The notes under the pieces: generated by a model
Seen by the model: only the letters and a program-made list of their open reading frames with translations
Told to the model about the DNA's origin: nothing
The model's database searches: none
Part shown: in pieces, positions 53,347 to 64,000 of the stretch
Numbering within the stretch: position 1 is the stretch's first letter
Layout of the letters: every line of letters starts with the position of its first letter
Position numbers and translations under genes: made by a program
Assembly: GCA_963804955.1 (NCBI GenBank)
Contig: CAWDSQ010000032.1
Location: 98,900 to 162,899, forward strand
Origin: an uncultured delta proteobacterium
GTDB taxonomy: Bacteria > Desulfobacterota > WTBG01 > CAIYCZ01 > CAIRTM01
Reading direction: 5' to 3'
Length of the DNA: 64,000 nt

Positions 53347-54286
53347 TCACGGGGGAAATACCCGCACGGTCTTCCAGGCCGGAGCGCTGTGGTCGCTGAA
53401 AACAGCCGGGTCACAGGCTGCAATCGTCTGCACCACGCCGACCAGGCCGCCGCCGGAAAGGCGGATTTTCAGCAGCTGGCCATCGGCTAGTTGCCGGTGC
53501 GTCGAAGTGGCGCATCTCGCACGGCCGTTATGCTCAGTCCGTTGCGAAGCCTTGCAGCCATTGAGTCATCCACGACCACCTCGGGCAATCCGTGCAGGGC
53601 ATCACTCAGCGCAATCAGGTGGTCCCGGCAAATATCATCCGCCGAAAGCATCTCAAGAGCGTCATAGGTCAGCGCGTCACGCACATGAAAACCGCCGGTG
53701 CGCACCCGTTCAAGGCGGGAAAGCACTCCTCCGCAGCCAAGCATGCCTGCCGATATCATGGCACAGTGTCCGCATATAGGTCCCATGCGAACACACCACG
53801 CGAAACGCTGCGTCAGGCGGCTCATAGTCAAGCACATCAAGCTCGTAGACGGTTACCCGCCGCGGCTCACGCTCAACGGTTTTGCCCTCCCGCGCCAAGC
53901 GGTACAGCGGAACGCCATCGCGCTTTAAGTGCCGAATACATGGGCGGCATCTGCAGTATGTCGCCCCTGAACGCTGCGCAGGCATCTTCCAGTGCCTGCC
54001 GGTCCTGGGCAGCAGCATCACAGGCGCTGAGCACCGCGCCTTCTATATCCTGCGTATCGGTCTCCATGCCGAGGCGCATGCGCCCCGCATATTCTTTTTC
54101 ACCGAACATTAAAAACTGCACGAGCCGGGTGGCGCCGTTAATGCACAGCGGCAGCACGCCGGTCGCCATGGGATCAAGCGTTCCCGTATGGCCGACTTTA
54201 GCGGCCTTCAGTTTCCGCTTAACCCGCTGGCAGACATCATGGGATGTGCAGCCTGCGGGCTTATTGACTAAAAGTACGCCGTCCAT
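53347..54286 (-). CDS. truB: tRNA pseudouridine(55) synthase (frameshifted)
   Basis: NKPAGCTSHD, GHTGTLDPMATG, QMPPMYSA, CSHGTYMR; end position approximate. Confidence 0.93.
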
Positions 54287-54295
54287 CCCGCAGGT

Positions 54296-54673
54296 CTATT
54301 CCTTTTCCTGACCCGACGCCAGCTCATCTTCGATGCCGCGCAGAATTCTGTCCATTCTGGCGCCGTTTTCAAATGAGCTGTCATAGGCAAAGGTTATATG
54401 CGGCGTACACCGCAGCTGCAGACGGCCGCCGACCTTGCGCTGAACAAAGCCTGCAGCATGCCGCAGGCCATCCATCACCTCTTCCAGCAGCTGCCCGTCC
54501 TGAAGCAGCGTGGTAAAAAAAACCCTGGCGTTTCTCAGATCTTTTGACAGGCGCACATCGGTTATGGTAACGAAGCGCACCCGCGGATCCTTCACCTCGC
54601 GCAGCAGAACCTCGGCTATATCGCGCCGCATAAGATCCGCAACACGATCCGTTCGCTGAAATGTTCCGCTCAT
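54296..54673 (-). CDS. rbfA: Ribosome-binding factor A
   Basis: RTDRVAD...KDPRV..VTITDV.LSKDL...TPHITFAYD. Confidence 0.93.
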   Translation of the reverse strand: MSGTFQRTDRVADLMRRDIAEVLLREVKDPRVRFVTITDVRLSKDLRNARVFFTTLLQDGQLLEEVMDGLRHAAGFVQRKVGGRLQLRCTPHITFAYDSSFENGARMDRILRGIEDELASGQEKE

Positions 54674-54678
54674 AGCCG

Positions 54679-54971
54679 TCACCAGTTAATACTCATTATT
54701 TCCATCTGCTGATCGACAATCTCTGCAAGATACAGGCTTTCCACATAGTCGATAACCTTATCGAGGCAGGAGTTTATATAGGCCCTGTCATTGCCGACCA
54801 TGCTGAACCCGATCTGCGCGCTTTGCCATATGTCATTATCGCCGACTTCTGCAATGGAAACCGGGAACCTGTTGCGAACCCGCCGGTGATCTTTTTTACT
54901 ATGCTGCGCTTGTCCTTCAAAGAGAAGACATCATGCAGCGCCAGCCGGAGGCAGCATACACCGACAACCAT
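54679..54971 (-). CDS. DUF503 (YlxP-like) protein (frameshifted)
   Basis: MVVGVC.L.L...FSLKDKRSIVK; typical position between infB and rbfA. Confidence 0.8.
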
Positions 54972-54974
54972 GGC

Positions 54975-57636
54975 TTACAGCTTGCGCTCCAGCTCTTCAA
55001 CGATAAAAGACTCGATGATGTCGCCCTCCTGGAAATCCTTATATGCACCCAGAGCGATACCGCAGTCCTGGCCGGAGGACAGCCTCGCGCACATCATCCT
55101 TGAAACGTTTAAGCGAGCTTATATCGCCTTCGTACACCGCCTCGCCGCCGCGCAGCACGCGTCCCTTGGAACGGCTCAGTATGCGTCCCTCAACGACATA
55201 ACAGCCGGCGATTGTGCCCAGCTTTGAAATCTCAAACACCTGCCGCACTTCGGCCCTGCCCGAAGACTTTTCCGCATACTTGGGCGCCAGCATGCCCAGC
55301 ATGGCCTTTTTAACTTCGTCCATCACGTCGTAGATGATCTGGTAGTTGCGCACGTCAACCTTTTCCTGCTCGGCCGTTTCATTCACCTTGGGTTCTGTCT
55401 TCACGTTGAACCCGATGATAATGGCCTTTGATGCCGCAGCGAGCATAACGTCGTTCTGGCTGATAGCGCCCACGCTTGAATGAATTATCTGAACCTTGAC
55501 TTCATCGGTGCTCAGGTTTTCAAGAGACTGTTTGAGCGCCTCAAATGATCCCTGGACATCGGCTTTGAGAACAATCCGCAGCACCTTGGCATCAGCCTCG
55601 GCAACGGAACTCATAAAATTTTCAAGCGAAATACGGGCATCCTTACGCAAATCGCCCTCGCGCAGCTTCGTCAGCCAGTATTCGCTGGTCTGGCGCGCTT
55701 TCTTCTCATCAACCACCAGGAACATATCCCCGGCCTCGGGCACGGCTGAAAAGCCGATAATCTCAACCGGTGTCGAAGGCCCGGCCTCCTTCATCGTCCT
55801 GCCATGGGCATCGATGAGCGCGCGCACTTTGCCGAAGTGCTGCTTGGACGCAAACGAATCGCCTACCCGCAGCGTGCCTTCCTGCACAAGCACGGTTGCC
55901 ATAGGGCCGCGGCCCTTATCAAGCCGCGCCTCAATAATTGATCCTTTGGCCGGCTTGTCGGGATTTGCCCTGAGATCAAGCATTTCAGCCTGCAGCAGCA
56001 CCATTTCAAGCAGCTTATCGATATTTATGTTCTTCTTTGCCGACACTTCAACAAAAATCGTGTCGCCGCCCCACTCCTCTGAAAGCAGGCCGTAGTTACT
56101 CAACTCCTGGCGCACTTTTTCGGGATTGGCCTCGGGCTTGTCGATCTTGTTGATGGCCACAATAATCGGAACCTGTGCGGCGCGGGCGTGATTGATCGCC
56201 TCTATGGTCTGGGGCTTGGCGCCCTCTTCTGCTGCAACGACAAGAATGACAATATCGGTAACCTGAGCGCCGCGGGCGCGCATGGACGTAAATGCTTCAT
56301 GGCCCGGCGTATCGACAAAAGCTATATCGCCGCGCGGCGTGGTCACTTTATAGGCGCCGATATGCTGGGTAATGCCGCCTTTTTCACCGTCGGCAACATT
56401 TGCATTTCGTATGGTGTCCAGAAGACTGGTCTTGCCGTGATCGACATGCCCCATGACCGTCACAACCGGGCAGCGTGGCAGCATATTTTCATCGGCATCA
56501 TCGGACTTCACTTCAAACATGGCTTCCGGCTCATTGGAAACGCTTTCAATTTCATAGCTGAAATCCGTAGCAACCAGCGTCGCCGTATCAATATCAAGCA
56601 TCTGGTTAATTGTCGCCATCATGCCCAGTGCGATGAGCTTCCTGATGATATCGCTGGCTTTCACGCCCATGCGCTTTGCCAGTTCGCCGACCGTTATGCC
56701 GTCCTGCACCCTGATTTTACGCTTGATCGCCTTGGGTACGGTCTTTTCAGTTCCTTTTTTGGCCGCAGGAGCAGCTTCGCCTTTGCGTCTGACTTTGACG
56801 GGCAGCCTGTCTTTGACTTTATACCGCACACGGCGGCTCTGCGCTGCCCCCTGATCGGCCTCTTCGACTACTTCTTCGCTCAGGGGCACCTGCTGCCAGC
56901 GGAATTTCTGGCGCTTGATTTTGTCTTTTACCGGGTCCTTGGCGCGCTTTTCGCGCTCCCGCGCCTCTTCTTCGGCCGAGGGCTTTCGCACACCACCCGG
57001 CTGATCGGCAGCAGCCGGAACAGGCTGCACGACAGGTGCGGGACGCACCGGCTGCTCCGGCTCAGGGACCTGCCGGGGCTTCAGGTCGATTCGGCCGATA
57101 ATACTGGCGGGAGTAGACTCCTTGCCTTTAAAATTCAGTTTTTTGAAAACAGGTTTCGCCTCAACGGGCTCCGCAGCCGGCGGCGCGTCAGCACTGACGG
57201 TTTCCGCCTCCGCTGCAGGCTCATGCAGCTTCTGTTCGGGCTCATCCGGCGCCGCAAGCCCGGCTGCCTGCTGATGCTCCGTCGCCTGTGCTCCTGCGGC
57301 AGCAGCCAGGGGCTCTTCAGTCAGGGGTTCAGCAGCCTCGGGCTCGGCTTCAGCTTTCTTGCGGCGCCGGATAACTGTCTGCCCGATGCGCCGCTCCATA
57401 AGTTTCTCACCCGATGCCACATCAATCTTTTCAACTTCCTTTACAGGCTCACGGCCTTTGGCAGAACCCGCATCTTTGCCGGGCCTGCCCGCACGAACCC
57501 GACGCCGCACATCATCGACCTGATAGTCGAGCAGGCCGCTTGAATGGGTCTTGACCTCGATGCCCAGCTCCTTGAGCAGGGGCATTATATCCTTGGTCTC
57601 TATCTGTAACTCTTTGGCTAATTCGTGAACTCTCAT
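54975..57636 (-). CDS. infB: Translation initiation factor IF-2 (frameshift near the C-terminus)
   Basis: MRVHELAKEL, GHVDHGKTS, GGITQHIG, DTPGHEAF, NKID, SLKRFKDD. Confidence 0.98.
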
Positions 57637-57685
57637 CTGCTCCGCCTGTAATCGATGCACGAGGCTGCAGGCCTCATGCAGCCCG

Positions 57686-58954
57686 TTATTGGTCTGTCGC
57701 CTCAGGCGCCTGCTCGTGTCCCGCGCTGAGAAGAACCTGTGCCTGTGCCTTCACTTCCTCGGCAGCATCCTGGTCGACACCGAGCATGCCGGCAAGATCT
57801 TCGGCAGATGCGGCCGCAACGGCATCGATGGACGTACAGTCGGCATCGATCAGCTTGTCGGCAAGAGCCGTGTCGATCCCCGGAATGCAGGTAAGATCAT
57901 CGCGGTACTTCTTTGAAATCTTATCCGCCTTTGATTTGCTGCGGATGTCGATTCTCCAGCCCGTGAGCTTGGCCGCAAGCCGTACATTCTGCCCCTTCTT
58001 GCCGATGGCAAGAGCCAGCTGGCTGTCATCCACAATAATTTCCATGCTGTGCGCCTGCTCGTCGATCAGTATCTCCGAAATCTCTGCGGGCTGCATGGCT
58101 GAACGCACAAAATCAACAGGGTCCTCACTCCATGGAATAATATCGATCTTTTCGCCATGAAGTTCATGGATAATATTTTGAACCCGGGAACCGCGATTGC
58201 CCACGCAGGCACCCACAGGATCAACCTTGGAATCAAACGACTCAACGGCTATCTTGGCGCGGTTGCCCGGCTCGCGGGCAACGCAGTGCACTTTGACAAT
58301 GCCCTCGGCGATCTCGGGAACCTCAAGCTCGAACAGCTTCAGAAGGAAGCCCGGATGGGTGCGGGAAATAATCACCTGCGGCCCCTTGGCGTTTTTCTTC
58401 ACATCAAGCACATAGCCTCTGACGCGATCGCGCATCGAGTAAATTTCGCCGGGGACCTGCTCAGCCGCCGGCATGAGTGCCTCATGCTTGCCGAGCATCA
58501 CCACGACATTGCCCTTTTCAAAGCGATGCACGAAACCGGTCACCAAATCGGCCTTTTTATCTTTATAATCGCTGTAAATAGTTTCGCGTTCGGCCTCGCG
58601 GATATTCTGCATAATGACCTGCTTGGCCGTCTGCGCGGCAATGCGGCCGAATTGCGCCGTATCCATCTTTACACCGATCTCATCGCCGGCCTGAGCCTCG
58701 GGGTCGATTTTTGCGGCTTCGGCAAGCCCGATCTCCTTGGTAATATTCTGTACCTCCTCGGCCACCGTCTTAAACTGAAAGAGCTCTATCTCGCCGAGAT
58801 CTTCATTGTAGTGAGCTTCGATGTCCAGGCCGTGGCCGTACTTGTTGTGCGCCGCCTTCACCAGCGCTGTCTCAAGCGCATGTACAAGCACGTCCCTGTC
58901 GATACCCTTGTCCTTGCGGATTTCCTCCAGCACCTTGTCGAGTTCTGAAAGCAT
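57686..58954 (-). CDS. nusA: Transcription termination factor NusA
   Basis: FGRIAAQTAKQV, AREPG.RAKIAV, DPVGACVG.RGSR, LAIGKKGQNVRLA. Confidence 0.97.
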   Translation of the reverse strand: MLSELDKVLEEIRKDKGIDRDVLVHALETALVKAAHNKYGHGLDIEAHYNEDLGEIELFQFKTVAEEVQNITKEIGLAEAAKIDPEAQAGDEIGVKMDTAQFGRIAAQTAKQVIMQNIREAERETIYSDYKDKKADLVTGFVHRFEKGNVVVMLGKHEALMPAAEQVPGEIYSMRDRVRGYVLDVKKNAKGPQVIISRTHPGFLLKLFELEVPEIAEGIVKVHCVAREPGNRAKIAVESFDSKVDPVGACVGNRGSRVQNIIHELHGEKIDIIPWSEDPVDFVRSAMQPAEISEILIDEQAHSMEIIVDDSQLALAIGKKGQNVRLAAKLTGWRIDIRSKSKADKISKKYRDDLTCIPGIDTALADKLIDADCTSIDAVAAASAEDLAGMLGVDQDAAEEVKAQAQVLLSAGHEQAPEATDQ

Positions 58955-59045
58955 TGTCGTTTCCTTGTGATGATTCAACTATTAATTGTAAAGTATAGTC
59001 TGGAATTGCCCGGCTGAAAACCCGTCAATTTCAAACCCCTTAATT

Positions 59046-59546
59046 TCACGAATGCTTCTTTTTCGGCTGTTTAAGCCTGCTGAAATCGTATTCTACATGA
59101 GCCTTTTTAACAGCCGCCAGCGGCACGGAAAAGCACCGTCCGTCAATCTCTATGCCGATAACGCCATCCTCCAGCCGGGTAAGCCGCCCCTTAAAATGCT
59201 TTCTGCCGTCAAGGGGCTCAATCGTGGTGATGTTCACCGTCTCTCCCATCCTCGTTTCAAAGTCACGGGGCTTTTTAAGCGGCCGGTTCACGCCCGGTGA
59301 AGACACTTCAAGGCGATAGGGAAACGGAAGTATATCCTTTACCTCAAGCACGTCACCGATCTGCCGGCTTATGCCGGCACAGATATCAATGGTCACGCCG
59401 CCCGGCTGCCTGTCGATAAGCACCCGCAGCACGCATCCGCCGGGCTCCCGCTGGCACTCCACATCCACCAGCTCAAGCCCCTCGTGCCCGGCAATCTCAT
59501 GAATGACTGCCTCTGCTTCGGCCAGTAACGACTCATGCGACTTCAT
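59046..59546 (-). CDS. rimP: Ribosome maturation factor RimP
   Basis: LRVLID..GGVTIDIC...YRLEVSSPGVNRPL. Confidence 0.95.
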   Translation of the reverse strand: MKSHESLLAEAEAVIHEIAGHEGLELVDVECQREPGGCVLRVLIDRQPGGVTIDICAGISRQIGDVLEVKDILPFPYRLEVSSPGVNRPLKKPRDFETRMGETVNITTIEPLDGRKHFKGRLTRLEDGVIGIEIDGRCFSVPLAAVKKAHVEYDFSRLKQPKKKHS

Positions 59547-59565
59547 CTCGTTTCCCGTCGGTGTA

Positions 59566-59590
59566 AAATAAAAAAGTGGGCAATGCCCAC
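59566..59590 (-). promoter_or_regulatory. rimP leader hairpin (attenuator-like)
   Basis: Minus strand GTGGGCATTGCCCAC followed by a T-run just upstream of rimP, resembling the conserved rimP leader. Confidence 0.65.
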
Positions 59591-59643
59591 CTTCGACTAC
59601 TCAACCACACAGAATTGCTGCCACATCCTGCGAAATCAGACAG

Positions 59644-59719
59644 TGGAGCGGGCAACGGGATTCGAACCCGCGACACCAAGCTTGGGAAGCTTGTACTCTA
59701 CCAGCTGAGCTATGCCCGC
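59644..59719 (-). tRNA. tRNA-Gly (CCC)
   Basis: GCGGGCATAGCTCAGCTGGTAGAGTACAAGCTTCCCAAGCTTGGTGTCGCGGGTTCGAATCCCGTTGCCCGCTCCA; 76 nt, CCA end, anticodon CCC. Confidence 0.97.
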
Positions 59720-59858
59720 ATTGATGCTCTAAAACATTAAAATTATACTAACTATTTGATAGGTGTCAATCTTTTTTTGCATTGTAATAAAATTGTGATA
59801 TAAATATTCTTTCATTTAGCATCTAAAAACGCTCTCAGAAAGGGTTGGAACTATACAT

Positions 59859-60545
59859 ATGAAGGATAAAAAAGCAGCTAATGCAAGAAATACACAAAAT
59901 TCGGTCCAAAGCCCGGCGCAATCCGGACTAGTCAAAAAAACGTTCAACCGCGAAAACATCGAAGCCATAGTTATCGCCATCGTGCTGGCCCTGGCAATCA
60001 GAACCTTTGTTGTGCAGGCCTTCAAAATCCCTTCAGGCTCCATGGAGCCCACACTGCTCATCGGCGACCATATCCTTGTCAACAAATTCATTTACGGCAT
60101 TTCTATCCCTTTCATCGATAAAAAATTTTTTCAGTTCAAAACTCCCGCGCGGGGAGATGTTGTGGTATTCATCTATCCGATGGATGAAAGCAAGGATTTC
60201 ATCAAACGCGTTGTTGCTGTTGCGGGCGACACCGTCGAGGTCCGTCAAAAAAAGGTCTACCTCAATGGCGCCCCTGTTGAGGACCCCCATGCCCATTTCA
60301 CCGACAGCACCCTGTACAGCGGCCCTGACTCAACAGCCCGGCAGCGCGACAACTTCGGCCCGAAAACCATACCGCCAGGCAATGTTTTTGTTATGGGCGA
60401 CAACCGTGATCGAAGCCTCGACAGCCGCTTCTGGGGTTTTGTCGACATTAATAAGGTCCGGGGCAAAGCGTTCTTGATCTACTGGTCCTGGGAGAGTTTT
60501 TTCAACAACTTCCGCTGGCGCAGGCTCGGACAGCTAATCGAATAA
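59859..60545 (+). CDS. lepB: Signal peptidase I
   Basis: IPSGSMEPTL, FIKRVV, MGDNRDRSLDSRFWG. Confidence 0.96.
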   Translation: MKDKKAANARNTQNSVQSPAQSGLVKKTFNRENIEAIVIAIVLALAIRTFVVQAFKIPSGSMEPTLLIGDHILVNKFIYGISIPFIDKKFFQFKTPARGDVVVFIYPMDESKDFIKRVVAVAGDTVEVRQKKVYLNGAPVEDPHAHFTDSTLYSGPDSTARQRDNFGPKTIPPGNVFVMGDNRDRSLDSRFWGFVDINKVRGKAFLIYWSWESFFNNFRWRRLGQLIE

Positions 60546-61050
60546 GCAGCCTCGAACCCATACTGTACACTCTTTCAGGGGCACTCCCTGGACCGATGGA
60601 ATTTTAACCACATAGACGGCGGCGACACCGCTTTCAGCTATATATTTTTTGTCTACAATCAGCTGTTGCCGGCTGATCAGCCCGTCCAGGCCGCGGCGTG
60701 CGATGAAGTCGCGATAATTCTCAAAATGCCTCCTCCCCGCGCTCAGCTCCATAGCCATAACCACCATCTTCCACAGCCAGCCCCGGGGCAGCGGATACGG
60801 TCCGAAATGATAGTCCATCAGCATGATTCCGCCATCTGGTTTCACAACGCGCCTGCACTCCTGCAACACGGCAGAGCGAAGCAGGGGGGGCATCTCATGC
60901 AGCACCAGAACAATCGTGACAAGATCGAACACTGCCCCCGGGAAAGGCATATGCGCAGCGTCAGCCTCATGCAGTTCGGCGGCTGCGCCAAGCTTCCGCC
61001 GTGCACCAGCGAGCATGGCAGGCGAAAGGTCAAGGCCTGTCAGCGAGCAG
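60534..61050 (-). pseudogene. 5'-truncated class I SAM-dependent methyltransferase
   Basis: Reads LTGLDLSPAML...DAAHMPFPGAVFDLV...LHEM...ECRRVVKPDG, but no upstream motif I (GCGTG) was found. Confidence 0.6.
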
Positions 61051-61242
61051 CATGGATATTTCCGGGGGGAGGCCGGTCGGCAGTCATGTTTTAGGGCCGG
61101 CAGGCTGCAAACACTATCCTGAAGCTCGAAAAGAAAAAATGGCGGTGTTTGGTTATATTTAGAAACAACTATTCCGAAAATTGTTTTAATATGATATTAT
61201 TCTATTAATAAACAATGCACTGTTTAATTAAAAGGAGCTGCC

Positions 61243-63049
61243 ATGAAAAAACTGTTTGCCGGTAAAAAATGGTTCACCCTCTGTCTGTGTATTTTGCTTG
61301 CCGCCACAGGCCTGTATCTGGGCTGTAAATCCTCGATTTTACGGGGGAAAGATGGCTCCAGATGGAAACTGGCAAACGCCCCCGGCTTCGGCAACGACAA
61401 TAATTCCTCAGTCGTCGCCATGGCAGAATACAAAGACTATCTCTATGCCATGACCCGCAACAAAGACGGGGCCGAGGTCTGGCGCATGAGTGAGGATGGC
61501 CAGTGGGAGCAGGTCATGTTCCCGAACAGCCAGACGAGGGGATTTTACGGCAACAAGTTGATCAACAATATCTGGGGCCGGATGATCGTTTTCAAGGACA
61601 AGCTCTATTTCGGCGCCTCATCGGGATTCCAGGGTACCTATCTCTACTCATCGGCCTGTGAAATATGGCGCTATGACGGTTCAAGCTGGGAGGCTGTCAT
61701 ATCCGACCGCAAAGACGCTGATGAAAGCGGCTCAATTACTGCAATCGCAGGATGCGCAGCCAGTGACAACAACACGGCAGCACAGATTACCGACAGCACA
61801 AAAACCTGGACGCCCGACCAGTGGAAAGGCGCCATGCTGCAGATTACCTCGGGCAGCGGCAAACAGAGAAAATTCTATATCCTCGGCAATGACAACACGA
61901 CGCTCAGCATCCAGCAGGACGAAATTGCAGGCACGGGCCGCAATCAGGACAATGAGACGGAATTCACCGTGTGCAGCGAAACAAATATTACAAACCCTTT
62001 CCCCGCCTACACCTATACCCTCGGCGAGATTGCTGCCGGCGACTCCTATGAAATCGGCGCGGGCTCAGATGAAAGCGGATTCGGCGATTTCTGGAATAAA
62101 ACCATTACCGGCATGGATATTTTAGACGGCAGGCTGTATGTAAGCACCGGGCTGAATTATGCCCGCGGCTCACAGGTATGGTACACCGATGACGGCGACG
62201 CCTGGACGGTCACAACGCCGCCCAACAGCTTCGGCAATTATCATGTTGACCCCAATGATCCATTCATCAGCGCTTTTCCTGACGGCAAAAAACCCATCTC
62301 CAGCAGCCTGCCGTCGATGGCTGTTTCATCCTGCTCGGGCACGCCGACCCTGTACGCAACCGGAACAGGAACATCAGGGCCCATGGGCAGCTGCGCTCGC
62401 GTTGCAAAACTGACGGATGCCGGCTGGGAGCTGATCGTAGACAGTAAGGTAGATGCCAATGATACCGGCACCAATGAAAACGGCATCGGCGACTGCCCCG
62501 GCGCGCAGGCAGGGCAATTTCATGGTCTGGAGCATGACCGAATTCAACGGCAAACTCTTTGGCATCACCAATTCACCTATCGGCGGCATCCGTATCCTGT
62601 ACACCAATGACGGTGGATCAGCCGACGACAGCTGGCACTACGCTGTCGGGTGCCCCAACGGCACAGATGAGGATGACTGCGAATCCCCGTATCCCAACGG
62701 TTTTGACGGTGAGCTCTACCCGATTACGACGCTGCTTGGAGATGTCTATCAAAATATAGCCGGCTATCTGTTTGTCTTCAACGATACGCTGTATTGCGGC
62801 ACGCTCCAGTATTTCGATTCCACGGTCGAGCCCAGGGTTCCCAACAATGCCAATATATGGAAATCAAAAGACGGGCTCACCTGGGACAAGATAACGGTCA
62901 GCGGGTTCGGCGACGATCAAATCATCATGTTTGAAAGCTTCGCTTCATTCAAAAACAAGCTCTATGTATCAGGCAGCAAAAGCGCCAATACCGAACTCTT
63001 CGGACTCGGCGGCGCGAAAGTGTACTGCCAGGTCAGAGAAGGCCGGTAA
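61243..63049 (+). CDS. Secreted or lipoprotein-like protein with repeated GFG..N...F...LY units (propeller-like; frameshifted)
   Basis: Leader ending YLGC; repeats such as GFGNDNN...YKDYLY, FKDKLYFG, FNGKLFG, FKNKLYV. Confidence 0.7.
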
Positions 63050-63072
63050 TTCCTCCCGGCATACCAGCAATA

Positions 63073-63105
63073 AAAAGCCCCGAAGCATAATGCTTCGGGG
63101 CTTTT
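63073..63105. terminator. Bidirectional terminator
   Basis: AAAAGCCCCGAAGCAT-A-ATGCTTCGGGGCTTTT. Confidence 0.85.
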
Positions 63106-63229
63106 ATTTCAAGCCAATCACGCAAACCCTTCACGCTGTCACCATCAGGTACAAAAGCAGCATCAGGCGGATAATGTGCCGGATATTTCCTTAGGCGCAG
63201 GCAGCAGCCCTTCCTTACCTGCAATCTGT

Positions 63230-63544
63230 TTATTTAATATACGAACAGCAGTAATCGGTAACGGTCTTGACCTTCAGCTTGAATTTTGATTTTGCCGGCA
63301 CTTCAAAGGACCTGCCTTGCGTAAAACTTTGCCACTCGGCAGAATCCGGCAGAAGAACATCAAGGTCGCCTGCGAGAATCTCCATGATCTCTTTGTCAGC
63401 CGTGCTGAATTCATAGTCGCCGGGCAGCATGATGCCCAGCGTCTTTTTGGTTCCGTCAGGAAAAAGCACCGTGCGGCTGGTGACCTTCCCGTCAAAATAC
63501 ATATTTGCCTTTTTTACAACCGTAACATTGCTGAACTCAGACAT
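63230..63544 (-). CDS. ppnP: Pyrimidine/purine nucleoside phosphorylase (DUF1255)
   Basis: [12 protein letters not shown]...[20 protein letters not shown]...DYCCSY. Confidence 0.92.
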   Translation of the reverse strand: MSEFSNVTVVKKANMYFDGKVTSRTVLFPDGTKKTLGIMLPGDYEFSTADKEIMEILAGDLDVLLPDSAEWQSFTQGRSFEVPAKSKFKLKVKTVTDYCCSYIK

Positions 63545-63605
63545 GGCGGCCTTTCTGTGTAAGATAAAAAAAGCGGCAGGCGCATGCTGCGCCCCCGCGG
63601 CACAA

Positions 63606-64000
63606 TCACTTCCCCGTATTCCAAAACCCCTGAAGCCTGACAAGCCCGCTGTTCTTCCAGTAGCGGGCGTGCTTGCCCGCGAATCCCGCAGCATACACGT
63701 CGGCGCCGGACACAAAAACAGACTCGGCGAAAGAAACCCAGGAAAGCCTTACCGCCTCGCCGTTTTTCCAGTACGTTGCTGCCAGGCCTTCATACCCCGC
63801 TATATACACATCATCGCCGGAGATAAAAATCGACTGCGCCGATGAATCTTTTCTGCCGTCGGTCAACTCAACCTGCTCGCCGTTTTTCCAGTACCGCGCT
63901 GTTAAAACCCGGCCGCGCTTCCGCTCATACCCGACCACATGCACATCATCTCCGGCAACACAGATTCCCTGTGCAGCAGCATCACGGGTGCCATCGGTAA
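63606..64000 (-). CDS. C-terminal part of a repeat protein (V.G.DVY.AG...A.YWKNG units)
   Basis: Three YWKN repeats; runs off the right edge. Confidence 0.7.
   Translation of the reverse strand, partial: TDGTRDAAAQGICVAGDDVHVVGYERKRGRVLTARYWKNGEQVELTDGRKDSSAQSIFISGDDVYIAGYEGLAATYWKNGEAVRLSWVSFAESVFVSGADVYAAGFAGKHARYWKNSGLVRLQGFWNTGK

Noticed and set aside
56188..57543. Long plus-strand ORFs (also 11581..12447 and 58157..58948)
   Set aside because: Antisense shadows of infB, the redox gene and nusA, with no recognisable motifs.
59644..64000. tRNA-Gly as an island integration site
   Set aside because: No duplicated tRNA 3' end and no adjacent integrase; the flanks are rimP and lepB.

Overview
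Bacterial chromosomal segment, probably from a deltaproteobacterial (Desulfobacterota-like) anaerobe; this is inferred from gene content and protein style. Many genes, including essential ones (infB, pnp, topA, truB), are split by single-base indels, most simply explained as long-read sequencing errors. From left to right: the 5' part of zwf; REP-type palindromes; and a chromosomal integron whose intI has lost its central part to a 675-bp insert carrying a BrnT/BrnA-like toxin-antitoxin pair. A putative attI is followed by about 7 cassettes with intact to decayed attC sites (Abi_C-family protein, Mrr endonuclease, EF-hand protein, lipoprotein, GIDE-like membrane protein, two unknown ORFs). Next come an isochorismatase and an M48 protease, then a divergent cluster of exported thioredoxin-like proteins, two of which are fused to a CxxCH motif and an FMN-binding-like motif, running into korAB. 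After that: batE/batD/TPR, greA, a heterodimeric ABC exporter, Phd-VapC, a wHTH + DUF6036-like nucleotidyltransferase pair with a 12-bp operator and apparently leaderless start, thiD-thiN and thiC, two secreted proteins sharing a duplicated Cys-rich TSP3-like tail, an MCP, ABC-F, U32 and cysM. The right part holds trmFO-topA-dprA, tatD, yjbQ, TPM-NTase-lemA, the rimP-nusA-infB-ylxP-rbfA-truB-rpsO-pnp-M16 operon, tRNA-Gly(CCC), lepB and ppnP. The best candidates for undescribed biology are the thioredoxin-CxxCH-flavinylation module, the TA-disrupted 'frozen' integron and its cassettes, and the wHTH/nucleotidyltransferase pair.
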